Assembly: GCA_964019335.1 (NCBI GenBank)
Contig: OZ025660.1
Span: 310,001-374,000, forward strand
Length of the DNA: 64,000 nt
Direction: 5' to 3'
From: Diplonema japonicum
Taxonomy: Eukaryota > Protista > Euglenozoa: Diplonemea
The translations under genes were made by a program, and so were the position numbers. Every line of letters starts with the position of its first letter. The first letter of the stretch is position 1. Below are positions 21,201 to 31,203 of the stretch, piece by piece. Below the pieces are notes generated by a model. The model was not told the DNA's origin and did not search any database. It saw only the letters and a list, made by a program, of their open reading frames with translations.

Positions 21201-22532
21201 GGTTCGGCCTGCTTAGCTTCTTGCTTCCTCGCCTCCGCAATCAGCCACTTTTCGGTGTCCTGTCCTTCCTCTTCTTCTTCTTCTTGTTCATCTTCAGCCT
21301 CGTCTTCATCCTCGTCTTCTTCTCCTTCCGCCATCGGGATGTGCTCCACCGTGTCCGTGCGCCAGAAAAAAAAGAGAAAAAAAAGAGAGAAAAAAAAATA
21401 CCTGCTCCTTGTTCCTCTCGCTCTTCGTAACGAACCTGAAAATCGCAGGCCACGCATCGGGTTGTGTTTTGCACAGGTTTTCCAACACCAGAAGCTCGGG
21501 GTGTCGGACTGCTTGCCATCTTCGGACGAGCCCAGCGACGGCAGACTCAGAAGGGTCCTTGCTGCCTGGTGCTTCTACAAGAGGATGGGATTTATGCTTC
21601 CCAGACGATGGCTGAGGAACTGGGGATGATGAGACGGTGCGGTTATGCCCAGCACGAGAGGTCTTGATGTCCTCTGCAGTGGGGCCAAGCTGGATGGGCG
21701 GCGGGCGGCCTGCCTCGAGCTGGCGGTCGTACTGTGCCTTTGAAGACCGGTAGTCCATGTAACGGTGGTAGAAGCCAAGGGTCACGTTTTCTCCCGAACG
21801 CCGGATAGCTGCAATGACCTCTTTACCCGCAACAGGCTGCCCGTTTACAGTGTACACAACGTGCTCCAAAAAACGCTCAAGTTGTGGAATATCTGCCGCA
21901 GGGGAGCCGTGAGTGATCTCGGTTAGCGTCATTACCCATTCTCCCTAGGAAAAAAAGATTTTTTGGGAAAAAAACAAAAACCAAAGGAATACCTGAAATC
22001 TCAGCCCAACTAAATTATTCTCATTTTTCTTGATTTGCACGTTGTGCGAAACGTCGCATTTCTTCTTCTTCACTCTGCAGAACCCGCACATGGTTTGAGG
22101 GGATGCCGACCACCAGCAAGTACAGTTCTTCACTTCCTTCACTGCGGCATGCGCGTCTTTTCTGTGTGCGAGCTCCGTGTTCTTCCATTGAACGATCTGG
22201 TCTAGAAGCACGACAGCGTGGGATAGAACCTCGGTGAACTTCTTGTGGGGACCCTTTGCTTTTCCTCTACCCCTGCCGCCCTTTGTGGTTACGGTGTAGG
22301 GTTTTTCTTGGAAGTCTTTCAATGCTTGTGCCAAGGCATGAGCCATGCCTGCCGAGGTTTGTTGCTGGAGTATCGGGGCAGGGCAGTCAAAGCTCTCCCA
22401 TATCCCATGCCGTTCCCACTCGCATTTAATAGCTGCTACTGTAGCTGGGTCCAGGCATGAGGTGATGAATGTGAGATCGTCGTCTAGAACGCCTATGTCG
22501 TACTGCTGACGCTGGCTACGCTTGGCCTTTTT

Positions 22533-22564
<32 letters not shown>

Positions 22565-22668
22565 TTTTTGTTTCATACCTCGCTCTTCAAAAAATCAATT
22601 CCACCCAAACTGAACCCCGGTGTGAGGCACCTCCCGTTGGTGGAGGCTGCGGGGGCTGGTACTGTCAT
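18206..22668 (-). CDS. Multi-exon PDZ-like plus bromodomain protein (exons about 22668-22579, 22521-21993, 21944-21402, 18971-18357, 18316-18206)
   Basis: Bromodomain F...VD....APKYYENIPHPMDL..I...Y......DC..VWSNCRAYN in 18351-18971. PDZ-like LVGLRF|QGEWVMTLTEITHGSPA...VNGQPV. All introns are GT-AG and phase-compatible. Joining across the 2430-nt intron 21401-18972 is inferred from a phase-0 match. Confidence 0.65.
19147..19246 (-). ncRNA. Candidate box C/D snoRNA
   Basis: Box C ATGATGA at 19241-19235, C'-like ATGAAGA, and CTGA at 19188-19185 and 19152-19149. Target not established. Confidence 0.4.
19333..19434 (-). ncRNA. Box C/D snoRNA, SNORD52/snR78-like, copy 1
   Basis: ATGATGA...AGACTAGAGTC-T-CTGA...CTGA. 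The 11-nt guide is complementary to the conserved LSU rRNA sequence GACUCUAGUCU. The +5 rule points to the U equivalent to yeast Um2421. Confidence 0.75.
19479..19549 (-). ncRNA. Single-hairpin H/ACA-like (AGA-box) snoRNA 1
   Basis: A-CCGCCC...TGCAGCA/TGCTGCA...GGGCGG-G-AGA-NNN, about 70 nt. Confidence 0.7.
19602..19670 (-). ncRNA. Single-hairpin H/ACA-like (AGA-box) snoRNA 2
   Basis: A-GTACC...CCTGTG/CACAGG...GGTAC-A-AGA-NNN. Confidence 0.7.
19693..19758 (-). ncRNA. Single-hairpin H/ACA-like (AGA-box) snoRNA 3
   Basis: A-GCAAGCTT...CAGC/GCTG...AAGCTATGC-G-AGA-NNN. Confidence 0.6.
19810..19876 (-). ncRNA. Single-hairpin H/ACA-like (AGA-box) snoRNA 4
   Basis: A-GCACGGG-TGCCAC...TCCAGT-CCTGATGC-G-AGA-NNN. 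The pocket is near-complementary to LSU ACUGG-C-UU-GUGGCA. Confidence 0.7.
19904..19972 (-). ncRNA. Single-hairpin H/ACA-like (AGA-box) snoRNA 5
   Basis: A-GCACCC...CGC/GCG and TCTTCAT/ATGAAAGA...GGGTGC-G-AGA-NNN. Confidence 0.65.
20012..20113 (-). ncRNA. Box C/D snoRNA, SNORD52/snR78-like, copy 2
   Basis: Part of a 123-bp direct repeat (19329-19451 vs 20008-20130, two mismatches seen). Boxes and guide are intact. Confidence 0.75.
20164..20275 (-). ncRNA. Candidate box C/D snoRNA
   Basis: ATGATGA at 20270-20264 and AGAAAGAAA-CTGA ending at 20166. Shares CCATTCT and AGAARGAAACTGA with the 19147 candidate. Confidence 0.4.
20290..21365 (-). mobile_element. 5'-truncated non-LTR retrotransposon (zinc knuckle, C-terminal domain and 3' end)
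   Basis: CDIC...HALWEC, LHGILP, QRYLL, LRWY..VSTVELALDFE and AFPA...RVHTLR align with the C-terminus of the RT ORF at 24508-27489. Confidence 0.85.
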
Positions 22669-22856
22669 TTCTTGTCCCCTCCCTCCCTCCCCTCTCACGC
22701 CGTCTGCTTGCTAAGGGTGGAAAAGAGGGACCAAAACAAAATAATAGCAATACAAAAAAAAAATGTAGAAATGTTTGTAAAATGTTCCAATGTCTGAAGA
22801 CAGGGTTTTTTTTTCATTCTTTTTTCTCTTTTTATTCGGGGCATTTCATATCCCAA

Positions 22857-22896
<40 letters not shown>

Positions 22897-24287
22897 TTAA
22901 AATAGTGTGGAAATTCACATAGTACCCAAAAAAGAAGAGGTTCTGACGGTCTGACTGGATGATTTAAGAAACGGTCCCTATCAGAAGTTGCGACAGCATT
23001 ACCATAACCTTGAGCAGTAGTCCCGACAGAGGCCCTAGAAAGGGGCAGAAACGAGGCACTAGTGCGGTGAGCGCAACAACGCAAACCTTTGAACCTATTA
23101 AATTGTCCAGTTTCCCTTCTTTTTTTTTTCTTTCTTTTTCAGGCAGGCATTCTTTTAAGGCAATAAGTGAAAGTTCTCCCATCTCACGATTTCTTTTTTT
23201 TTTTTTTTTCCCCTTTCAACACCGAACTGAAAAAAGAAGACCTTGGCTCTTGAACGCGCATCCGCACCACCTCTGTGGTTTGAAGTTCTGATATTAGATA
23301 GGAGCGTGAAGAAAGGGGAGAGAGCTTTTTTTTCCCTTTTTTTTCTTCTTTTTTCTTTTTTGAAACATGCATGCAGCGCAGCTAGGTGTAAAATAGTCGA
23401 CAGTTGTCTGATTGAAGTGTTTCAGACCAGGAAAGCCGCCCTTAGTACTATATTTTTCATTATTTCTTTTTTTTCTTTTTTTTTTTGGAACAGAACGAAT
23501 ATAAAAGAAAAAAACAAAACAGAAAAAAAAATATCATAGCTAAAAGATGAGTCATAATTTAACTCGAGTTTTTCGGAAAGTCGAGTAAAATGTCCTCGTG
23601 AACAGTAGGTTTTCAGTTCACCTTTCCGGTCATTTGAGTCGCGCAACTGCTCTTGCCCGCTTTAAAGACCCCCAGGGGCTGTTGGCAGAGAAACAGGAAA
23701 CGTTTCCATTTTCAAAAAAAAAAAAGAAAAAAAAAAAGAAAAAAGCTTGGAAAAGCGTTTCTTTGCCAAACATAGCCCCTGGGGGTGGGGGTGGGGGAGG
23801 AAAAGAATTTTTTTGAAAGGGGTTGAGGGCTTCCCCCCCCATACTGAAGCCCCATAATTTAACCCGGAATACAAAAGAAAAAAAAAAAAAAACTCGATGA
23901 TTTAAAGGAAGCCGGTGGGGGCACCCTGCACAAGCACCATTTACTTGATTACAGGGGCGTCGTGTCCTTAATGCGTGCGGTGTGCAGCTCCCCAGCCGGG
24001 GCGCCCCGGGTAACCAAGATTCTGAGCCCGTGTAGTTTGCTGCCTGTTCGCCACCCAGAGCATCTGCTTCTTCCACTTGGGCGCTACCGGTGATGACCGA
24101 CGGGGAGGTCAACAGCGAACAACACATCTGATGTACTTCTTTATATTTCCATGTTATCCCCACCACCTGAAAAAAAAAAAAAAAAAGACCCCATATTTAC
24201 ACTTTTCAACTTATGGGACTCACGAGTTAAATTATGAGGCCCTTTGTTGGAAGAAGAAGGTGATGATGGGAAACAAAACAAAAAATC

Positions 24288-24439
24288 GATAACATTTCAG
24301 TGTGCAGGGAGGGCTCACTGTTCAAGAAATCACACCTATCTGCCACCGTTCTATGATTGTGCTTGCGGCTGTTTGTCGCAAGAGATGAGATAGCCGGCAT
24401 CGGAGGCGTGCTAGGCGGTTTGTCTCCAAGAGGTATCTC
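24288..24439 (-). mobile_element. Older degenerate 3'-end copy of the adjacent LINE
   Basis: Aligns to about 24462-24640 (gataa.atttc.gtgtgc.gg...gctcac.gttca...caccgttct...ggctgtttgtcgc...gtgctagg). Confidence 0.75.
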
Positions 24440-24459
24440 AAAAAAAAAAAAAAAAAAAT

Positions 24460-27400
24460 TTGATAAATTTCGGTGTGCGGGTGGGTGCTCACCGTTCAGG
24501 GAGAAATTCACACTAATCGGTCACCGTTCTGCGGTTGCTGTCTGGTGCCTGCAATGGCTGTTTGTCGCGATGAGATGGACGGCATCTGGGCGAGAAACAT
24601 TGCTTGGAGTCGTGCTAGGTAGGGGGCGGTTTGGCTCGAGGAGAAGAGTGGTCTCCTGTCGTAGCCGTGTGTCGTCGGGCCCCCAAGATGTCGAAGGGTG
24701 TGTACCCTTGTCTTTGCGTTGGCGGGGAAAGCATTCTTCCCACTCTTTGCTGTGCATTTCTGAATACGTCCTAAGATGTATCGCATCCTTCCAGCCTTCT
24801 CTGTGAGCCAGTCCTGGTCGTCGAGGGGTCCAGCCAAGGACTGCCGGGTGGCCTGCTCATAGTCTACTGCGAGCTCCATCGTCGTGACGGACGTCAACTT
24901 CCTGCCTGCGTACCATCTTAGGCTTTTCAGCCACCTGAGGACGCTCTTCATGTAGAACATTAGGACCTTTCCCGACGCTCCGTTCGATTTCAACAGCTCC
25001 ACTGTGGGCACAGTGTGCTGCTTCCCCGTTGTGATCTCATCCCACGGGTTGGTGGTGAGGATTCTGGTGCTCCGTTCAGCCGCTCTGGCGTCTCGTCTTG
25101 ACACGACATCCAACAGGTATCGTTGCACGACTGCCGCCTGTTGCTTCGCAGCCCCCGTTGCGCCCCTTGGAATGATCCCGTGGAGGGCGGTCACTGCAGG
25201 TAGGTCACTTCGTGTCATCCCGCCATATCTTTCGTTTGTCAGGGCAGCTCTCGCTGGTGCACATTCCCATAGGGCGTGCTCCGTGACTTCTGTCGTCGTC
25301 TGGCATCGATGGTCGCAGACGTCGCACGCAAGAGACGAGCTTTCCACACCCTCACGTTCATCCAATTGCTTCCCCCACACTCGAGGGTGTACCGTGAACA
25401 CTGCACCGCTGATGATCCGCCGCAGTCTGTACGATATCAGCGGTCTCCGTGACTGGAGCTTCCTCCACCAGGCGTTCGTGGACGGACATGCACCCGCTTC
25501 CATTCCAGCAAAAGACGACCTGCCGTGGATCAATTCCTTTGCAACAGCCGGTCTGATCGCCTGTCTTACTTCATGGCGTCTCGCACTGGGCACCAGAGCG
25601 CGCAAACCTTCAATGAAGGACCACCCCTTGTTCAGGAAGGGTAGCCACCTCTTCAGCAAGACCCCTAGCGGCCCCCTCTCCTCGTCGTCCTCTCGCTCCC
25701 GGTACAGTGTAACAATCTCATTGACTCGCTGCCACAGTTGTGGGGAGGTGAGGCTTTCTCGCACCAGGCAGTTCACCGTGTTGTAAACAATCTTCGCTTG
25801 TGGATATGCTGTGTGTCCAGGTAACAGCACATTGAGCACAGCCATCGGGGATCTCATCCTGAAGCGCGGTCCCCATAGGGAAGTCACCGTCGCTGTACAG
25901 AGTTTCTTCAGCTGGTTGTCAGACGGCGCAGCGTAGGTCGTACCGTATAGACAGGATGGTAGCACAGTGCCCGTCAGCATTGACGCCTTGTTCCCGAAGC
26001 TTAATGGCAATGCACCAAGCCGGGACAAACGGCCTTCGGCGGAATGTAGCTTGTCCAAACTATGTTTCCCGTTCATGTTCAGGATCACGCCAAGCGCCTT
26101 GATCCCCTTCGTCACTCTGAACGATGAGCCTGTGCACTTCAACCAAGGGCCGATCTCATCCTTCGTCGAGAATGCTTGTGACTTGTTTTCGTTAAGGCGC
26201 ATGCCTGTCCGCTCGCAAAACTCGATTGTTTTGTTGGTCGCTCTCTTGAGTACCTCGACCAAACGCGCAAGTAGGTACGCGTCGTCCGCGTACGACAGCG
26301 ATCGCGAGCCAGGTACCTCAGCAATCACGCACTTCACCATCACTGACACCAGAGCGTTCACCAGGATGACGGAGATTGGACACCCTTGGAGAATTCCATT
26401 TGTCACGTGGAACTCGGAACCCACGCCAGTAGGGAAGCGGAAACGTCTTTTGAGGCCTGCGTACATCGCTTTGAGCGGGGTCAGTATCCTCTGGTGCAAA
26501 CCCAGGTCTTGCATAAGCCCGAACGCTACTTTCTGTGGCACCCTGTCGAAGCACTTGACGAAGTCCAGTGCTATGCCGTTAAGAGGGGTGTTGGTCAGCA
26601 TCGCCGTCTCCAGCTGCGTGCTGAGCTCCATCAGGATGCTGTCCGTCCCGTGACGTGGTCGAAAACCATGCTGCGAGTCGTCCGCCCATTTCTCTTGCCA
26701 TGGCGATATATCACGCAACCTGGCACAGGCCCACAGTCTGTAGACCGCACTCGTGACTGTGATGGGGCGGTGGTTGAGCGGAGTCCTCTCGCCTCCCTTC
26801 GGGATCAGCGTAACCAACGCCGTCAGGAGTGCCTTCGGCCACTTCCCTGTCACCTCGATGGCGTTGAAGAGCATCGCCCACGCATCCAACAATACATTTG
26901 GCATAGCGCGAAGTTCTGCCATCCTCCACCCATCAACTCCCGGTGCTGTCCTCGTCGATTTCTTGGCCAGAACTGCTCTCAGATCAGCCCCTGTCAGTGG
27001 CTGGAGCACCATGTCATGCGTCGAGATGTATGGCCCGTATCTAGCCTTGAAAGCCTCGTACGATGGTTCTTCATGCCCTTCACCGTACATCTGGAGCACG
27101 CCGTCCCATTCCGCGTGCATCATCCTGTCCATCTCGTCGAGGTCTGCGGTCAGCACTCCGCCGCTCTCCACTGCCTGCGCCGCTGACGTAGAAGTGTTTT
27201 TCACAAAGGCGGTCATCCCCCTCCGCTCCTCCTGGAACTGGGTGTTGATCCTCGCCTCGTACTTCTTCTCCCGCTCCACTCTCGTGTCCTTTGCGATCTC
27301 GCGTAGTAGCGAGGAGAGGTTGTCGTCTAGCAGTTGAAGTCTGGTGACAATCGACTCCAGGTCATCCTTCAGCAAGTTCCTATCAAATACTGGAGGGTTC

Positions 27401-27523
27401 GGCAGTTTCTCCAGCAAACTCAGAGCATTCGCCCAAGTCTTCAACAGAACTACTGGCATGTTGCACACTTGTCCCTTGTCAATCATCACCTGGATTTCCG
27501 CGCTGATGTGTGCAAGCTTCCTC
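24460..27523 (-). mobile_element. Non-LTR retrotransposon, 5'-truncated, with intact reverse transcriptase ORF (24508-27489)
   Basis: RT motifs APGVDG, LIPK..HRPIT, QHGFRP, LDFVKCFDRV, GILQGCPIS and YADD; C-terminal CDVC..HALWEC. No endonuclease is visible. The ORF runs up to a poly-T junction. Confidence 0.95.
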
Positions 27524-27603
27524 TAAAAAAAAAAAAAAAAAGAAACATTTAAGGGTACCTGCGGTATGTGGCAGGACGCCTGACAAAAAAAGAAGAAGAA
27601 GAG

Positions 27604-27752
27604 AGGCTCGAGGAGAAAAGTGTCTCTTGTCATCGCCATGTACCGTTGGGCCCCTCGACTCGACAAGCTGTGCTACCCCCCCTTTTGCTGCGCACCTTTA
27701 TGACATTCTATTGGACTTCGCGAGCACGGTCTTGGTCATCAAGCGGGCCCTT
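27604..27752 (-). mobile_element. Degenerate fragment of the same LINE family
   Basis: Encodes GPLDDQD, as in the RT ORF. ggctcgaggagaa.agtg.tct..tgtc matches about 24633-24660. Confidence 0.7.
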
Positions 27753-28041
27753 TAAAAAAAAAAAAGAAAACTAGTATAATAATGTAATGCCAATAATGGA
27801 AATCGAAAACAGAGGGTGGGGGAGGGGGGTGTCAAACTTTACAATAATATCCCATACTTGGCCGGCAAAAAAAAAAAAAAAAAAAAAAGAGACATTTAAG
27901 GGTACCTGCGGTATGTGGCAGGACGCCTTTGGAAAAAAAAAACTTTTTACCCCTCTTTTATTTTTTAGTACATTGACACTCCGAAGCCCTCATAAGACCC
28001 CCGCGACTTCGGTACCAAAAAAAAAAAAAAAAAAAAAAAAA

Positions 28042-28727
28042 ACTCATAGTAAAAGACAATCCCACTCGAGGACAGCCTCTTGTGGTGTGAGTTCCTATCT
28101 ATTAATGCTCCCCTTCTGGAGCATAGCCTTCGTTCCTATTGTCGCCTTTAAAGCTTTTCGTAGTCTCGACACGCGTTCTTTCTTGTATGTCCCTTTCAAC
28201 TCCTGTAGCTTTTGCGCTGTCTGTCTTGATGCGAAGATCGGTCTCCTGTTAAAGCCTATTGCAGCCTTGCCTCCGATCGCTGTGAGGGACTTGACCCTCT
28301 TTGCCCCGTCCGCAGGGAAGGGGCGTCTTATCCGTCTCGTTCTGCACTGCGTTGGCTCTTTCCACCAACAGCTTGATTCTGCGTGCCTTCCTCTGCATGT
28401 TGCAGACTCCCAGTGACTTACCGGTTGTCTCCTCAAAGTCGAGTGCAAGTTCAGCTGCCGAAACCTCCGAGTCGGTGTCGCCCTCCACCCATCGCAGCTT
28501 TCCCATCCATTCCAGTAGTGGTTCCCCGAATTGCTCCAGCAGTCCCACCACTGTCCCCAGCTGTGCTGTCGTCGGTACCGGGGTCACTTTGCCTGTCACT
28601 TCCCGCTCCTATGGTAGCTTCTTGTTGCCGCCTTCTGCCTGCATCAGCCCTTCGTCCCGCTTTTCCACCACCATTGCCAGGTATCGCTGCAGCTTCTCCA
28701 GGTGTTCGAACCCGTTCCCCCTTCGTG
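28042..28727 (-). mobile_element. Frameshifted 3' fragment of a related LINE
   Basis: QRYLA..V, LRWV...VSAAELALDFEETTG and FPA...RVKSL..IG..IGFNRRPIF are split over ORFs 28249-28599 and 28095-28448. Confidence 0.85.
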
Positions 28728-28787
28728 GAAAAAAAAAAAAAAAAAACTTTTCCAAAGAGTTGTGTAAGGGCTAGGAGGACATGTGAC

Positions 28788-30107
28788 TTAATCACCCCTC
28801 TGAATGGACGGCTCTCTCCTCGCACTTCTTCCGGGAGACGCTGAAATAGAACGCATAACACCGGCAAGACCGACACCCTCCCTCGACTCCGACCGAGCGA
28901 CAGAAGCGGGCCGCGAGGGAACAGAGAGGGTACTGACACAATCCGGGCAGGCTATCACGTCTGACCGAGCATTCTTACAAGAATTGCAAACCGGTTTTGA
29001 GCAAATGGTGCACCAGGTGTCGTGTTTTGAAGAACACGACGAACAAGGTGTGTATGAGTGCCAACGGGTGGGAACGATGGTTTGATTGCACAAAGGACAC
29101 TTTGGATGTGTGAATAACCATTTTCGAAGGCACCCCAAATGGGCCACATGACCGCATGACAGCACGGGTGCTTCATGAACCAATGTGTCCAAACAAATAG
29201 GGCAATCGTCGTTCATAGCTTTTTTCGACAACGGGAGTTCGCTGATAATGAGGTATTGTCTTGTAAAGGCGTACACAGCAGAAGCAGGGACGATAACACG
29301 CACGACCCAGGTCTCATTACGGAGCAACGCGGACACAAGGAACTTCATGCCCTTCACGGTAGTGTCTTCGCTGGGGAAGGCGGAAAACACATGGTAATAT
29401 ACCGTTGTGAGCAAACCAAGACCTTCGCAAAAAACAGCGACTGCATCTGGAATAACCTCTTTTGCCGAATCAGGCACCCTGCAAGAAATCACAACAAACC
29501 CCATCAACTGCACAATTGCCTGTATGACAGTGTACCATATATCAAGCTTCAACAACCACAATAATGGAAATGTTTCGTTGCCTACATGCACGATGCAGTA
29601 AACACCGAACGCTGCGGTGAAGGTGTGAAGGAGGACGGAGGACACACGATGTGCAATGTGAGCGGGGGAGAAAAGCGCTGTTTTACTGTTTGAGATAAGT
29701 CGTTCAAGCACGTTGAAATATAAGCAGGTGAAGATGAAGAGAGTTTGCTCGATTCTCGTGTGAGATTCTGCTTCTCCAGACGAGACCACACAGTACATAG
29801 CTGTATACTTTAAAAAGAGTGTGCTGTAAGGGTCTGCCATAGTTGTTGTGTAGAATCTCCCGCTGCCATTAATGATTTCGGTGGCGATGAGTTGCAAGAG
29901 GTAGCCCTGTGCGAGCACTAAGCCGCAGAATTGGTCGCCAAAGCCATTCCAGGCTGCCACCATGGGGAACCCCACCCCGCCTCCTCGTAGCCACGCGGCC
30001 TTGCCTGCGTACCAAGCAGCAAGGACGCCTTCGACAGCCCACCATAGTTTTAATCCTTGCAGTACTATGCTCCCGCTGGCGTACTCTTCTTGGTGGGATT
30101 CTTCCAT
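28788..30107 (-). CDS. Multi-pass membrane RING-H2 E3 ubiquitin ligase (HRD1/RNF145-like)
   Basis: Several hydrophobic helices, then CPICL...CGHVAHLGCLRKW...CPLC and a further Cys cluster. Confidence 0.8.
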   Translation of the reverse strand: MEESHQEEYASGSIVLQGLKLWWAVEGVLAAWYAGKAAWLRGGGVGFPMVAAWNGFGDQFCGLVLAQGYLLQLIATEIINGSGRFYTTTMADPYSTLFLKYTAMYCVVSSGEAESHTRIEQTLFIFTCLYFNVLERLISNSKTALFSPAHIAHRVSSVLLHTFTAAFGVYCIVHVGNETFPLLWLLKLDIWYTVIQAIVQLMGFVVISCRVPDSAKEVIPDAVAVFCEGLGLLTTVYYHVFSAFPSEDTTVKGMKFLVSALLRNETWVVRVIVPASAVYAFTRQYLIISELPLSKKAMNDDCPICLDTLVHEAPVLSCGHVAHLGCLRKWLFTHPKCPLCNQTIVPTRWHSYTPCSSCSSKHDTWCTICSKPVCNSCKNARSDVIACPDCVSTLSVPSRPASVARSESREGVGLAGVMRSISASPGRSARREPSIQRGD

Positions 30108-31203
30108 TTTTTTTTTCCCTCTCTTTTGTTTAGGGGCGTTCCCCCCCCCCCTCCTCTCCCCGGGTGTTTTTGTTTCCTATTTATGATACAGAGAAAGAAG
30201 AATGATAGAAAAATAAAATCTTTTTTTAAAAAATAAATCCAAAACAAAGCAGCGTCACTCTTTCTCGAGAAAAACAAGAAAAAAAAGGGGGGGAAAGGGA
30301 AAGGATGGGGGGGGGGGGGGGGGGGTACGATGCTTGTGTGAATAAATATTAAAAAGTTTTTTTTTTTCCTGTTTTCCTCGTAGTGGGTCTCTTTAAAATA
30401 AAAATAAAAAAATATGAAAAAGGAAAATGATAAGGGGAATGGGACGGGGGGGGGGAGGAATCAATTAACCAGTGTTTGTTTTTTTTTTGTGTTTCCTGGC
30501 GTGAAGACAGAAAATACTCTTTCTTAAGAAAGGGAAAATACTAAAGATAAAAAGGGGGGGGTTTTAAAGAAGTAACAAAGTATCTTCAGCACCAAAGGAA
30601 ACAGAGAAAAAGGAAACCAAAGCAAAAGGGAAAGGGAAAATGTTTGTTTTTTTCTTCTTTTTTAAAAGTGCTTTAGAAAAATAATAAACTAGATCGAGGA
30701 GGGAGGACCAACCAAAAGGAAACAGGCTGACGTAACTTTGAAACCCAATTTTCTTTTTTCAAAAGATAAGAATAAAAAGAAAATATTTATAAAAAAAAAA
30801 AAAAAAAAAGAAAAAGAATGAAAAAAAAATTAAGAAAGGCTTATTTTGTGTGTATTTTTTTTTTACAACAACCTTCCCTTTTCCGACACCTCCCTCCTGT
30901 ATCTTTCTCTTTCTTCTTTTTTTTCCACATTGTTTACACATGTTGAAAATAGTAAACACAAAAAAAAAGTAGGGAATCCTTTTCTTTATTTTCTTTTCTT
31001 CTAAATCCATCTTTTTTTTTTTATTTTATTTTATTTTTTTCCTCCTCTCTTTTTTCGTTGGGGGTATGAAAGGTGGCAAGAAAACCAATATCAAAAAAAA
31101 GGAAAAAAAAAAGGGGGGGGGGAAAAACCACTTCTAAAAATCTTAATCGACATCCATGCCAGCCTGTTTTGTTAATTCTCATTATTTTCTTTTTCTCTAT
31201 CAT

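Noticed and set aside
22900-24280. Possible multi-exon gene between the LINE and the bromodomain gene
   Set aside because: Splice-like signals exist, but I could not build a coherent reading frame or recognise a domain.
4751-27523. DGR or retron-like system linking the RT to the variable NTase tails
   Set aside because: The RT is a LINE-type enzyme; no template/variable repeat pair with adenine-specific changes is present.
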